Assembly (NCBI GenBank): GCA_963677485.1
Contig: OY781964.1
Location: 192,001-256,000, forward strand
DNA from: Armatimonadota bacterium
Lineage (GTDB): Bacteria; Armatimonadota; HRBIN16
Reading direction: 5' to 3'
Length of the DNA stretch: 64,000 nucleotides
Part shown: piece by piece, positions 31,173 to 41,344 of the stretch
Position numbering within the stretch: the first letter of the stretch is position 1
Layout: the number at the start of each line of letters is the position of its first letter
Program-made: the position numbers and the translations under genes
The notes under the pieces: generated by a model
The model's input: the letters and a program-made list of their open reading frames with translations, nothing else
Databases searched by the model: none
What the model was told of the DNA's origin: nothing

Positions 31173-34100
31173 TCAGTGCGCCGCGGGTGTTTCAACACTC
31201 GAACCAGCCTTCGCAGGTGTCTGCACCCCCATGATCGACTCATCGAATTTGAACCTCAGGCGCACATACGGACCCTTGCCTGTGTAGTTCCCATCAACCA
31301 GCAGATCATCGTCAAAGCCCGAAAAGTTATAACCTGCACTCAGCCAAAGATTGCGGTGCAGCATGAAACCACCTTCAATCCCGATGGAGTTCATATCGCC
31401 ACCAAGCGAATCGTTCCAGTAGTTACTCGAGATGAATGACAGCTGAGTGCGAGGCGTCAGGTTGAGACTAAACCGCTGCTGCAGCAGCATCGCCTTGGTT
31501 GTTGTGCTTAACGGTCCAAGTGTATTGTCCGAAATCCTCATCGCGAGATGCGTACCGCTCTCGATACATCGCGAGGGTTGGTAGTTGATATCCGTAGAGA
31601 TGATGTGGGATCGTTCAGTCCCACCATCTGGTCTGTCAGGGGCACTATCATAGCGCAATTCGTATTTTGCTAACCCATTCCATCGATCACGGCTAGACTC
31701 ACGGTAAGCCACACCCATCATCAACCGAGCTTGTGTCTGGGTGTCTACGTCCGACTTCGATATCTGAAGAATCGCTTTATCTAGTGCGGTCCAATCTTCC
31801 GATATCTTGACCGCAGTTCCTAAAGTGGTCAGCCAGCTTGTGTTCCCCGAATTGATCCGGTATTCAACACGGGCCGAACCCTTCCATTTCTCAGAGCCAG
31901 TGTACTCCACCGCACTCGTCACTGCAGTCGAAGAGCTCGTAGTCTTGCCGTCCACAGGCTCTATACGCTCTAAACTAGCGTTTATCCGCAATCCACGGTT
32001 GATCTCCCATTGGTTGCGCAAACCTATCGCAGCCTCGGTCTCTCGCCCTGAGAAAGCATCACGAGAGCGATATTCGCTAAATACGTGCGCACTGCCCAGG
32101 TAGTCAGTATCAATGCCGATCACTGAAGTCTGTTGAGATTGGTTGGCATTTAACAGGTATCTTCCCGACAGTGTGGAGTTGAACTCCTGCCGTGCATACA
32201 GACGGCCACGGTTCGCGAATAGATATTCGCCACCTACTGCCAGCACATGTTTGGTAGCATCACTGATGTCCTGTTCATATTCTGAGTAGAAGGTGGCCGA
32301 AGCCCATTTCGGTACCAGCTTAGTGATCTTCGCTCTAAAACTTGTGAAATTCACAGGAGGATCAGTCGTACCGCCTGTCGGTAACAGGGCTCTAGTCTCT
32401 TCGGCATGACGAAAACCAAATTCCAGCCGAAGTTCAGGCGAAATCGACTGTTCTACGCTGGCGGAGATTCCTGTACGGTTCGTGCCCATGCTTCGGTCTT
32501 CAGACTGGATAGCCTCGGTCATGAACCGCGTATTTTGATTGTGCAGGTATGAGATTTTCGACGATATCTCTACGCGCCCCTTACCGATTGAAGCAGCAGT
32601 ATTTTCAAACGACATATCTGTGCTGGCAGCCATGATACGCGCCTGTAACTTACCGGTTTCATGCGAATATTCAACACGCTGCCCTGTGCCCTTACCGAGA
32701 AGATCGCTAGACGTTTGAGCCAGTTCACCGGTCAGTTTCGTATTCGCGTTGATCATCCATTCTGCAGACAAACCGGACATAGACCACGGATTACCGGGGA
32801 CATCTGCACTGACATATGTGCCTCTGAGTATGAGGTTCTTTTTGAGGTTCAGTCGCCCGTCTACTCCAGCAGTGACGTATTTGGGACCTCCAGAGTCTAC
32901 CTCATAGCTGACACGTACTGAAACAGGGTTCATATTTTCATCGAAACTCGGCACCGGCGATTTGAACAGTATTGTCGCGTTATTCAGGTCGACTGTATAT
33001 TGAAAATACCTGGTCATAGGTGTCGTCTTCAAGATTACAGAAGGTTGATTGCGATCACGGACCAGGATTTCGACTCTCTCGGTATTGTCTACCATCAAGC
33101 CCGGGCCAAGACTGTATGGGCCCGACGTTCCGTTCGCCAACACCTCAACGATGTTCTGACGCATACTATCATAACTAGCGAAGAGATTGACTGCACTTGT
33201 GCCCGTCTCATGATGTGTCATCAAGCCTGTCAAGCTTCGGTTATAATTGCTTAGGTGCCGTCCTTCATCGGAAGTGCTCGTTGAGAAGTCACCGTACATC
33301 ATAAAGGACTGGCGTTTCTCAAGGCGAATATATGTTTTTTGGGATGTCTGACCGTCAAATCCTTTGATCGAGGAATCGCCATATACAGGGTAAAATTCGT
33401 CGGGCTGGATGTCTCTGAAGAGTCTACCAAGTTTGTCTTTGTTGGACTGGTATGCTAAAGTCAACAACGTGTCGTCGTTGATACGCCCTTTCATAAACAC
33501 GGAGGCTTGGCTGTGGCTCAGAACCGTCGATTCGTTCTGTGCCAATCCAAGATCAACTACACCAACCGCCAGCATAGGACGCAGATTGGGAACAAACTCC
33601 AATTTGACCTTGCTGGACATCAAGCCGCTGGAAACCCTCAAGTTGGTCACACAAGCCTCGCGCGGTGGCAACAGCTCATACTTACCTTCGCCTCCGTCCA
33701 AAAACACCTGAACCCCTTGCTCAAGTGGATTCAAGTCTGTGACATTCCATTCGGCTCCGTCATTTTCTAGCGTGATCGGTGTGCGTGTTTGCACCAAAAT
33801 CCCGTTCGAGTCCACTAATCTGATGATGATAGGTAAAGGTGCTTTTGTGTCTGCGACATGCTTTCCCTCAGGAACGACGATGTCGATCTTGCTTAAGGCG
33901 CCGGAGGTGACGACGTTGATTTTGGCCTCACCACGGTCGTTACCTAAGCCGTCACGTTGGGTGACGGTGACGACATTGGTTCCGGGCTTGAACTCAACGC
34001 CGATATACTCCCAAACCTCGATATTTTTAATGAAGTAAGTGTGCTTAGCACCGACTTGGTCATCAGATATCACCTTGCCATTCACCCGCAGGATAAATGT

Positions 34101-37016
34101 ACTTCCGATGCGTCCCTTCACGATCAGATTCCAGATTGGTATAGGCAGCACATCACCTGAGTTAATATCTACAAAACCCAGATCATTAGTAAAACTGGGT
34201 ATCCTGTCCACCAACGGAGCCGTCTGTGCAGCACGGACTGGTGCAGACGGTAAAGAGCTGTTGCCTTGCCCTGCAGAACTGCCTGGCAGGGGCAGGTTGT
34301 TAACTATCGACTCGTTGTTCCCGGACGTGTATCCACTGGCTAATGTAGATCGGGTTTCGCTGATATCTACAGGATTGGGCGTCACAGGTAGAGTAGTCGC
34401 TAATGCAATGGTGGTCTCGCCTTGGATCTTGGCCAGCGCCTTCTTGCGCAGAGCAGCCTCTTCTTTGATTTTGGGGTCACTGTTTTTGATGGCGAAATTC
34501 ACTTTCCGCATCTCGCCAAGCCGAATCTCCGCAAACGAGCTGCCCGGATCACCCACGCTCTCATGGCCTGCTTGTGAGAGCACCGCATTAGCCGGGAGTG
34601 ATAACAGGTCAACCTTGAGTACATGGGTTCCAGCAGATAAGGCATACAGACTGTATTTACCTTCGCCATCCGTAATCACAAAGGAGCCATCGTCTAGACA
34701 GATGCGGACCCCAGGCATCCCCTGCTCGGTGGGATCCACTATGCCGTTGCCATTGTCGTCAATAAACACCCTACCGATCACTACACCCTGATCTGTGAAA
34801 ACGCCCATCCGCAGTCGAACTTCAGACACGCCAACGTTCGATGATATCGGTCCATAACTAGAATTCGCTGCTGCCTTAGCCGTGTTCCTTAACACGCTCT
34901 CACGTGTTCCTGACTTTATACCAACACGATAAGAGACCACAACCGAACTACCGGGTTTCATCTCGTCGATCGTGAAGGACATGTTCGCTCCGTTCGCCAC
35001 AACGGGATCGTCCGCCTTTATCTTGTTGACATAGGTGGTACCAGGCATGTAGACCTCCCCGGTGGGCAGGGTGTCTGTGATGGCAACATCAGTTAAAGTG
35101 GTGCCTGTATCATTCTTAAGGCGCAAGGTGTAGTCGATCATCTCGCCCACTTCAACGGTCTGCTTTGACGAGCTCTTTTCCATGATGAACCCACTGCCCG
35201 CATTGAAATCTAATGGGATATCCAACGATATGGCCGATGACGCTACGGTAGTCATGAACTGCCCACCGTAGGAGGCCACAGGATCAACAGACCGACCGAC
35301 GGGTAATGATGAAGCAGGCAGTGTTGAAGGAAATACATAGTTACCTGGAGGTGTGACGATGATTTTATACGAACCGGGCACGACATATGGAAACCGGAAC
35401 ACACCATCGCTTCCTGTGGTCAATGGGTTGTTAACCGGTGTCACCCCATCCATTGCCAGCACCTTAGCTAGGCCACCGGCATCGCCGCCATTACTCACAC
35501 CCGTGACATCAACCAATGTGACCTGGGCGTTGGCAACTGGTGTGTTAGTGCGACTATCGAACACGACACAAAACGGGTCAACCGTAACGAAGTCGGTTAC
35601 GGTCTGTCCATACTGGTCGGTAAAGGTCGCAGTCAACTTGTCGTTTGGCCTGGTTTCTAGTATCCCATTCCCTGGTATCGCGGTAGATTGCGAAGCATCA
35701 GCCGTTACGATGGCCTGGTCTATGCGGAAGATACCTGTGTTAGGGCCAGTTTCAGTAGCCGTCACAGTTTCGCTGTCGCCTGTTAAGGCCGATGTAATGG
35801 TGATGTGGATAGTTTCTGCCATGCCAGGATCAAGGTTACACTCTGCAGCCATGATCTCCAAGAACAAGTGGTTACCTATGGCCTCCAGATCAGTCGGGCG
35901 AGCATAACCACTATCCCAATAGAATGAAATCTGAGGAGCTTTGCTTTCAACGGCTACCACTACCGCATTTGAGGTAGCCAGCAGATCGCCTGCCGTCGCC
36001 GGATCGACGCAGCGCAACCGAGCGGTGTTCCTGATATCGATATTAATGGTGTTGTGCAGCTTCACGCGTAACACACACTCGAATCGTTCCCCTGCATTCA
36101 AATGCCGGAGGCCATATGCCACACGGTCCACCGATGTGATATCTGAAGGAGCGGTACTGAAATATGAGTTTTGAGGGTCACCCAATCTGTGGTACAACAC
36201 AGTTCCGCTGCCATTTCCATGTAATTCAACAAAGGATGTATTGGCAGGGATATCATCCACACACATCACATATTTCTCATCGTGGCCGTTCACTTGGATA
36301 GTGGCAGGCAGCGCATCCACAAGCCCTGCATTTGCTCCTTGTATCGAAAAGTCCACAGACTCACCAGCGCGGGCAGATGCCTGCAATGCTGATTTTGTCA
36401 ACAAGAGTTCAACGGAACTACCTATCCTGAATGTATCGCGATTACTGGCGGACACGGCACTCAACACAGTCGTAGCCTGCAGTAGGATTATACACTTATC
36501 GCCGTATGGGATACCCGCAGGAATGACATTCGCGAAGACTAGTTGAACCCGTTGGCCAGGATCAAGCTCAATCGTGCTTCCATCGGCCATGTATGGCTCC
36601 CCAGAGTTGACCACACCATCACCATTCGTATCAACATATAGCCGAATGCTTGATATGGTATAGTTGGAGTCTTTATCGCACCAATATGATAGCTTGTATG
36701 TTGACTTAATATTCCCTGTGTTCTGAATTATATGTGAGGTGTATACTGTGTCACCTGGTACGCAGGCCACTGTGTTATCCGTCGTCAACAACAAGGATTC
36801 AAGAGGTTGTACGATCACACGAACGATGTTTGTTTGAAGTGTGTATTTCGCTCCCGTTTCGGGATCTGTATAGTGGTTGGTCGCCTGGTTTTCAATGACT
36901 GTACCGGCCATCGGAGCAGCACCGTAGGTAAGTGCAGCGCACCATAATAAAAATAGTATGGTTACACCGATTATCATACGGCGGATATTATCGATCCGTT
37001 GATTGTTGCTGCTCAT
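31173..37016 (-). CDS. DUF11-domain protein with a predicted C-terminal outer-membrane beta-barrel (putative anchor/secretion pore)
   Basis: Signal peptide then AGTVIENQATNHYTD; two complete DUF11 domains; GRVFIDDNGNG SdrD-B-like domain; about 700 C-terminal residues of amphipathic strands ending GPYVRLRFKF. Start uncertain (track TTG 37121; ATG 37016 preferred). Confidence 0.78.
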   Translation of the reverse strand: MSSNNQRIDNIRRMIIGVTILFLLWCAALTYGAAPMAGTVIENQATNHYTDPETGAKYTLQTNIVRVIVQPLESLLLTTDNTVACVPGDTVYTSHIIQNTGNIKSTYKLSYWCDKDSNYTISSIRLYVDTNGDGVVNSGEPYMADGSTIELDPGQRVQLVFANVIPAGIPYGDKCIILLQATTVLSAVSASNRDTFRIGSSVELLLTKSALQASARAGESVDFSIQGANAGLVDALPATIQVNGHDEKYVMCVDDIPANTSFVELHGNGSGTVLYHRLGDPQNSYFSTAPSDITSVDRVAYGLRHLNAGERFECVLRVKLHNTINIDIRNTARLRCVDPATAGDLLATSNAVVVAVESKAPQISFYWDSGYARPTDLEAIGNHLFLEIMAAECNLDPGMAETIHITITSALTGDSETVTATETGPNTGIFRIDQAIVTADASQSTAIPGNGILETRPNDKLTATFTDQYGQTVTDFVTVDPFCVVFDSRTNTPVANAQVTLVDVTGVSNGGDAGGLAKVLAMDGVTPVNNPLTTGSDGVFRFPYVVPGSYKIIVTPPGNYVFPSTLPASSLPVGRSVDPVASYGGQFMTTVASSAISLDIPLDFNAGSGFIMEKSSSKQTVEVGEMIDYTLRLKNDTGTTLTDVAITDTLPTGEVYMPGTTYVNKIKADDPVVANGANMSFTIDEMKPGSSVVVSYRVGIKSGTRESVLRNTAKAAANSSYGPISSNVGVSEVRLRMGVFTDQGVVIGRVFIDDNGNGIVDPTEQGMPGVRICLDDGSFVITDGEGKYSLYALSAGTHVLKVDLLSLPANAVLSQAGHESVGDPGSSFAEIRLGEMRKVNFAIKNSDPKIKEEAALRKKALAKIQGETTIALATTLPVTPNPVDISETRSTLASGYTSGNNESIVNNLPLPGSSAGQGNSSLPSAPVRAAQTAPLVDRIPSFTNDLGFVDINSGDVLPIPIWNLIVKGRIGSTFILRVNGKVISDDQVGAKHTYFIKNIEVWEYIGVEFKPGTNVVTVTQRDGLGNDRGEAKINVVTSGALSKIDIVVPEGKHVADTKAPLPIIIRLVDSNGILVQTRTPITLENDGAEWNVTDLNPLEQGVQVFLDGGEGKYELLPPREACVTNLRVSSGLMSSKVKLEFVPNLRPMLAVGVVDLGLAQNESTVLSHSQASVFMKGRINDDTLLTLAYQSNKDKLGRLFRDIQPDEFYPVYGDSSIKGFDGQTSQKTYIRLEKRQSFMMYGDFSTSTSDEGRHLSNYNRSLTGLMTHHETGTSAVNLFASYDSMRQNIVEVLANGTSGPYSLGPGLMVDNTERVEILVRDRNQPSVILKTTPMTRYFQYTVDLNNATILFKSPVPSFDENMNPVSVRVSYEVDSGGPKYVTAGVDGRLNLKKNLILRGTYVSADVPGNPWSMSGLSAEWMINANTKLTGELAQTSSDLLGKGTGQRVEYSHETGKLQARIMAASTDMSFENTAASIGKGRVEISSKISYLHNQNTRFMTEAIQSEDRSMGTNRTGISASVEQSISPELRLEFGFRHAEETRALLPTGGTTDPPVNFTSFRAKITKLVPKWASATFYSEYEQDISDATKHVLAVGGEYLFANRGRLYARQEFNSTLSGRYLLNANQSQQTSVIGIDTDYLGSAHVFSEYRSRDAFSGRETEAAIGLRNQWEINRGLRINASLERIEPVDGKTTSSSTAVTSAVEYTGSEKWKGSARVEYRINSGNTSWLTTLGTAVKISEDWTALDKAILQISKSDVDTQTQARLMMGVAYRESSRDRWNGLAKYELRYDSAPDRPDGGTERSHIISTDINYQPSRCIESGTHLAMRISDNTLGPLSTTTKAMLLQQRFSLNLTPRTQLSFISSNYWNDSLGGDMNSIGIEGGFMLHRNLWLSAGYNFSGFDDDLLVDGNYTGKGPYVRLRFKFDESIMGVQTPAKAGSSVETPAAH

Positions 37017-37035
37017 CACGGTCTGTCGCCACCAA

Positions 37036-37115
37036 CTCCTGCCTGCACATGCTGTTCTATTTCTTGTCACAGCATGTGCAGGCAGGAGCAATCCTGCTGT
37101 CAGTATTGCTCCTGC
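37036..37115 (-). promoter_or_regulatory. Two overlapping intercistronic hairpins
   Basis: 20-bp perfect inverted repeat 37036-37055/37069-37088 overlapping an 11-bp inverted repeat 37082-37092/37105-37115. Confidence 0.6.
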
Positions 37116-37123
37116 TTTCAACC

Positions 37124-39782
37124 CTACTGGTTGATCTTGACTTCGAAGTAGATTACAGCGGTTTGTCCAGGTGCCAACGACAGGATCGTTGCACTAACCG
37201 TTCCGACTGAACCTGCAGATGGGACCGTAATCGCGGTGAAGCTTGAGCCGCCGTCAAACGTGATGGCTCCCACTCCAGTAGCGCTCACCGTTCCGTCGCC
37301 AGCATGATATGTTGTATACGCTGGTGTGGAGTCGGTGATTACGATGTTAGAGTTTGTCGTGGTGCCAGTATTGGTTGCTGTGATCCGATAGCGGACACAC
37401 GAACCAGGTACTGCACCGGTGGTGATATTGGTTTGCTGGTATGCCCCTTCAGGGGTACCATTCCCATCAGCATCCAGAGCCTGCTCTTTAATGATGCGAA
37501 CGTCACCGGCGATCACGGTAGATGTGTCTTTGACGATCGCAGGAGCAGGAGCTGCTGTGCTGTATGTGCCTTGGGTTGTTGTAGCGGTCAATGTGCAGAC
37601 ATCGACGATACCTGCAGATGCGCCTGATGGAGCATAGACCTTCACGAAGAGAGTGGCCGATTCGCCAGGATCGAGCCCAGCACCGGTGCTTGCACCATTA
37701 AGGCCACCCACAAGTGAATCGAGACTATTAATAATGGCGTCACCGGAGTCCAGAACGCCGTTATTGTTTTTGTCCCAGTAAATCGCTGAACTAAAGCCAG
37801 ATTGAGTATCTGCTGTAGTCAAAGAGATCAAGCTGGCGAGACCATCACCTTCATGAACGTTACCGTTGTTGGCGATGGTATGGGTATAAACAACAGAACC
37901 ACCAGGGAATACCTGACCACTGTTGTTTGGCACTGTAGAGATATTCCGCATCATGTTGATGGTGACAGCATCGTGCTTGATGTCGAAGGCACCGGTTGTT
38001 GGCGACGTCACACGATAGTAAATGTTGTAGGTGCCAGCGGGTGCATTGGGAGCCGTATAGATATCGGAATGGACATGCATACTACCACCTGGTGCAATCA
38101 TACCTGTTTCAGATATGATTGTTTCGGTATCATTTTCATTTAGTATGCTCCAGCCGATTGGCAGCACGATAGTCGCAAATGTGGGGTCTGTACTGGCCTG
38201 TATGATATACGAGTCAGGAACTGAGCTCGTGTTGTTGACATACAGATCCATATCAACATGATATGCTGGCGGCACGGACTTGATGGTCACAGGCGAGCCT
38301 TCAGGACCTGTGCCCAGACCATCGGCTGCTGTCGCTCCATTGGCGATCGATCTGTTGTTGGTTAAGTCTACAGTACTGCGAGTGATCACGCTGACTGTAT
38401 CTGTGGTAGTCGCGAACTTCGTTGCATCTACTGAGGAAGTAGCAGTTTTGTCAACAGAGTAACCCTTATTGCCCCATGCATCAGCAGGCAGTTTTACCTT
38501 GACAACTACGTTATAGGTCGCACCAGGATCTAGAGGTCCTGTATCTGGTATGCTGTCTCCGTTGGTATCAAGCAATGGTGTCACGCCATCGCTGCGATAC
38601 AGAACGATAGTTGATCCTATAGGAAAGACATTGTTCGACAGAGTGATATCGAAGGTGTCGATACTGTTACCATTGTTTGTCACGACGTTGGTGAACGTCA
38701 CGGTGGCCCCTTGAGAAGAACTGGGCAGAGTCTGTCCAATAATAGCGACAGCGACAGTCGGGTCAACATAGAAGTCCGTTGTATTGGTACTTCCTGCGAT
38801 GATTGCGCCTGTTCCATCGTTGTATTCGTAGGTGGCCCTGTTGTAGATATCACCCGACATAGCATTGCTGTCGATTGAAACCTGGAAGCTAATTGATCCC
38901 GAGTTTGTCTTAGCCAATGTCGATATCTTTGCGGTGATGGTTCGGGTTCCAGCCGAGTAGCTGTAGTCGATACCTGCAGGGTCGCCACCAACCGCATCAG
39001 TAACCGGGGCTCCACTCCATTTTGCGCTACCGAGGATATAGGTCATTCCTACAGGAATCACATCGGTAATGACGAAATTAGTGGCATCCTGGTTGCCTGG
39101 GTTGGAGTAGGTGAATGTAAAAGTGACTGGCGATGTGCCCGTAAAGCCGTGGTAAATATCTTCAGCCTTGCTGATGACTATCACAGCGTTATTAGTCACA
39201 GTCACATTATCGGTATTCGAAGCTGTCTTCGTACCGTCAAACTGGCTGGTGGCCGTTACTGTCAGAACAGCCGTGCCACTTATCACGTTTGGAATCGTGC
39301 CCACGATCACAAACTTAAAGTTGCCGCCGGCAGGCACGGCACCTGTGGAGGTAATAGCCGCAGCACCTGGGTCTGCGATTCCATCTCCATTCGCATCTGG
39401 ATAAATCAGCACGCCAGTCAAGTCAAAACTGTCGCCTCCAGACTGCAAGATAGATAGATTGAAAGTGTCCGTCCCATTCCCTGTGTTATTAAGGGTGTGA
39501 GGGAAACTTACCAAACCAGACGGAGGTGCATACTTCACATTGTCCGAAGTTAATGTGAGGCTGGCTACCTGCTGAACTATGTTATTTATTAACAGCGTTC
39601 GATGTGACGTTGTGCACAGTTCCACTGGCATCAGTGTAGGTTGCAGATGCCTGGTTGCCGATGGAAGTGCCTGCTTCTGGAACCGCTGCCATCACCGGTG
39701 CCTGTGTATACAGGCCCATAGTTAACGCAATGAAACAGAGTTTCATTGCGTTAGCACCGAGTCGGAGCAAGGAGTTTTTCAT
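37124..39782 (-). pseudogene. DUF11-domain secreted protein (putative major filament subunit), frameshifted at about 39583-39590
   Basis: The 66-aa ORF with signal peptide (39582-39782) and the 835-aa ORF join into an 884-aa protein when one TATT of TATTTATT is removed (…TSNAVNNIVQQVASLTL…). Confidence 0.85.
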
Positions 39783-39871
39783 CTGTTAATTCCTTTCTAG
39801 TTTTGTTATTACTGTTGCTACCATTACAGGTACCGCATGTCCAATACCGTTGTATGGAAGTGCGTAGTCGA

Positions 39872-40399
39872 TCAGCGGATTTTGGCTTTGTTAGTTTTCA
39901 CACCTGGTTGGGCAGAAAGCAGTTTGACCCGTGCTATCACGACCAGGTTCTTACCGTTTTCTTGTTTGCCCACCTTCCATTTGATAAACCTGTATGACTC
40001 CATAGGAAGCTTTATGGTCTTTTCCTTACCATTTGAGTCCTTAATCAGCTTCACTAATGGAATAGTAGAGAAATGTGATCCATCGGTACTAGCTTCAGCC
40101 TTGGAAGGCTTACAGCTGTCCTCAATGTAGACAGAACCTGCAGGAATGGGTAAGACTGGCTGTATAGCAGTAATCGTCTTCCCTGTTTGGTTCGTGAGTG
40201 TAAGTTGATATTCAATGATATCACCTGGGGTCGCTCGAGCAGCAGACACTAGTTGCTCTTTACCGTTTGAGCGAGAGACCTTGAAAGCAGCAAGGACGCT
40301 TGATACACCGGTTTTATCGGCTGCATGCGAAACAGCGAAGCCGGTAAGCAGGCAAAGCACTGAAATCGCTATGCCAGAAGCAGCGGAGACGAGTTTCAT
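39872..40399 (-). CDS. Small secreted DUF11-like protein, first gene of the operon
   Basis: Signal peptide ending SHA; ATPGDIIEYQLTLTNQTG, LPIPAGSVYI, IKWKV; AGAGGT RBS. Confidence 0.8.
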   Translation of the reverse strand: MKLVSAASGIAISVLCLLTGFAVSHAADKTGVSSVLAAFKVSRSNGKEQLVSAARATPGDIIEYQLTLTNQTGKTITAIQPVLPIPAGSVYIEDSCKPSKAEASTDGSHFSTIPLVKLIKDSNGKEKTIKLPMESYRFIKWKVGKQENGKNLVVIARVKLLSAQPGVKTNKAKIR

Positions 40400-41233
40400 T
40401 TAGACAACCTCTCTGTTGGTTACTATCAGGTCGGCCTGCTCTATGATAGATAGCCACAGGCTTCTCAACGCATACTACACCGGTTTCATGAAGCGTATTC
40501 ATTGGCTGTCAGTATGCGTAAGCTGGATTGGATACGACACAGCGGGGTGCCGTAGAATTCCATACATCCGTTTGAATGGACTGTGTCTGATACCCCATAC
40601 CAAAACATTCAGGAGAACCTTGGGTATGGGCTTAAGGAGGTTCAGCATATATACGATGAAGTATCACACGCAGTTTATCCAAGCTCCATTACACAGACGG
40701 CCGGATGATATACAACGAGTATACCTTAGGCTTCACCATAAACATGCGATTTACATCAAAATAGTAAACTAGTAGCAAAATCGCATAGCATTATGGTTGA
40801 AGTCTCATCGTCATCCACTTCCGTGAAGTCAGCGTCATGATCCTTCAACCCCCACTTCCCATTGCTGATTGTTTGTTCACTAGTATATGCAGGGTGTGCA
40901 ATGAGATGGTGGTGGTGGCGTGACGCAAAGAGAGTCCATAGTCAGTGGGTGATCGGCGGGGTCGATAAATACGGTCGGCCGACGAATGCTTACAATGGAG
41001 GGTTCACGACAGTTGCTGTCTATGATCGGCAACTTCGAGGCATGGGTGATGAAGTGATCCAGTTCCTGAGGAAAGCTTACGAACCGCCGACTCTGTTCGC
41101 CCGGTCCGGCACGTTAAGACCATTAGTTGAGGACAACCATATATACGATGGAGCAAGGAACTGATGCAGAGAAGAAGAGATTTTAATGCCTGGGTAGACA
41201 AGATCGAGTTTGAATTGAAAGTAATGCCGCGGT

Positions 41234-41264
41234 AAAAAAAAGCCTCAACCTTTCGGTTGAGGCT
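41234..41264 (-). terminator. Intrinsic terminator of tRNA-fMet copy 1
   Basis: AGCCTCAACC-GAAA-GGTTGAGGCT followed by a U tract on the minus strand. Confidence 0.85.
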
Positions 41265-41268
41265 AACA

Positions 41269-41344
41269 TGGGTGCGGGGGAAAGATTCGAACTTACGACC
41301 TCCGGGTTATGAGCCCGGCGAGCTGACCACTGCTCCACCCCGCA
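41269..41344 (-). tRNA. Initiator tRNA-fMet(CAT), copy 1
   Basis: TGCGGGGTGGAGCAGTGGTCAGCTCGCCGGGCTCATAACCCGGAGGTCGTAAGTTCGAATCTTTCCCCCGCACCCA; three consecutive G-C pairs in the anticodon stem; A11-U24. Confidence 0.93.

Noticed and set aside
40480-40660. Possible c-di-AMP or c-di-GMP riboswitch upstream of the DUF11 operon
   Set aside because: There are partial look-alike words (GCTGAAC, GACAGCCAA) and a CCCATACC/GGTATGGG hairpin, but the core consensus elements are missing; cmscan is needed.
40862-41164. 100-aa ORF beside tRNA-fMet
   Set aside because: TTG start and no recognisable motif; it could be a small gene but cannot be supported.
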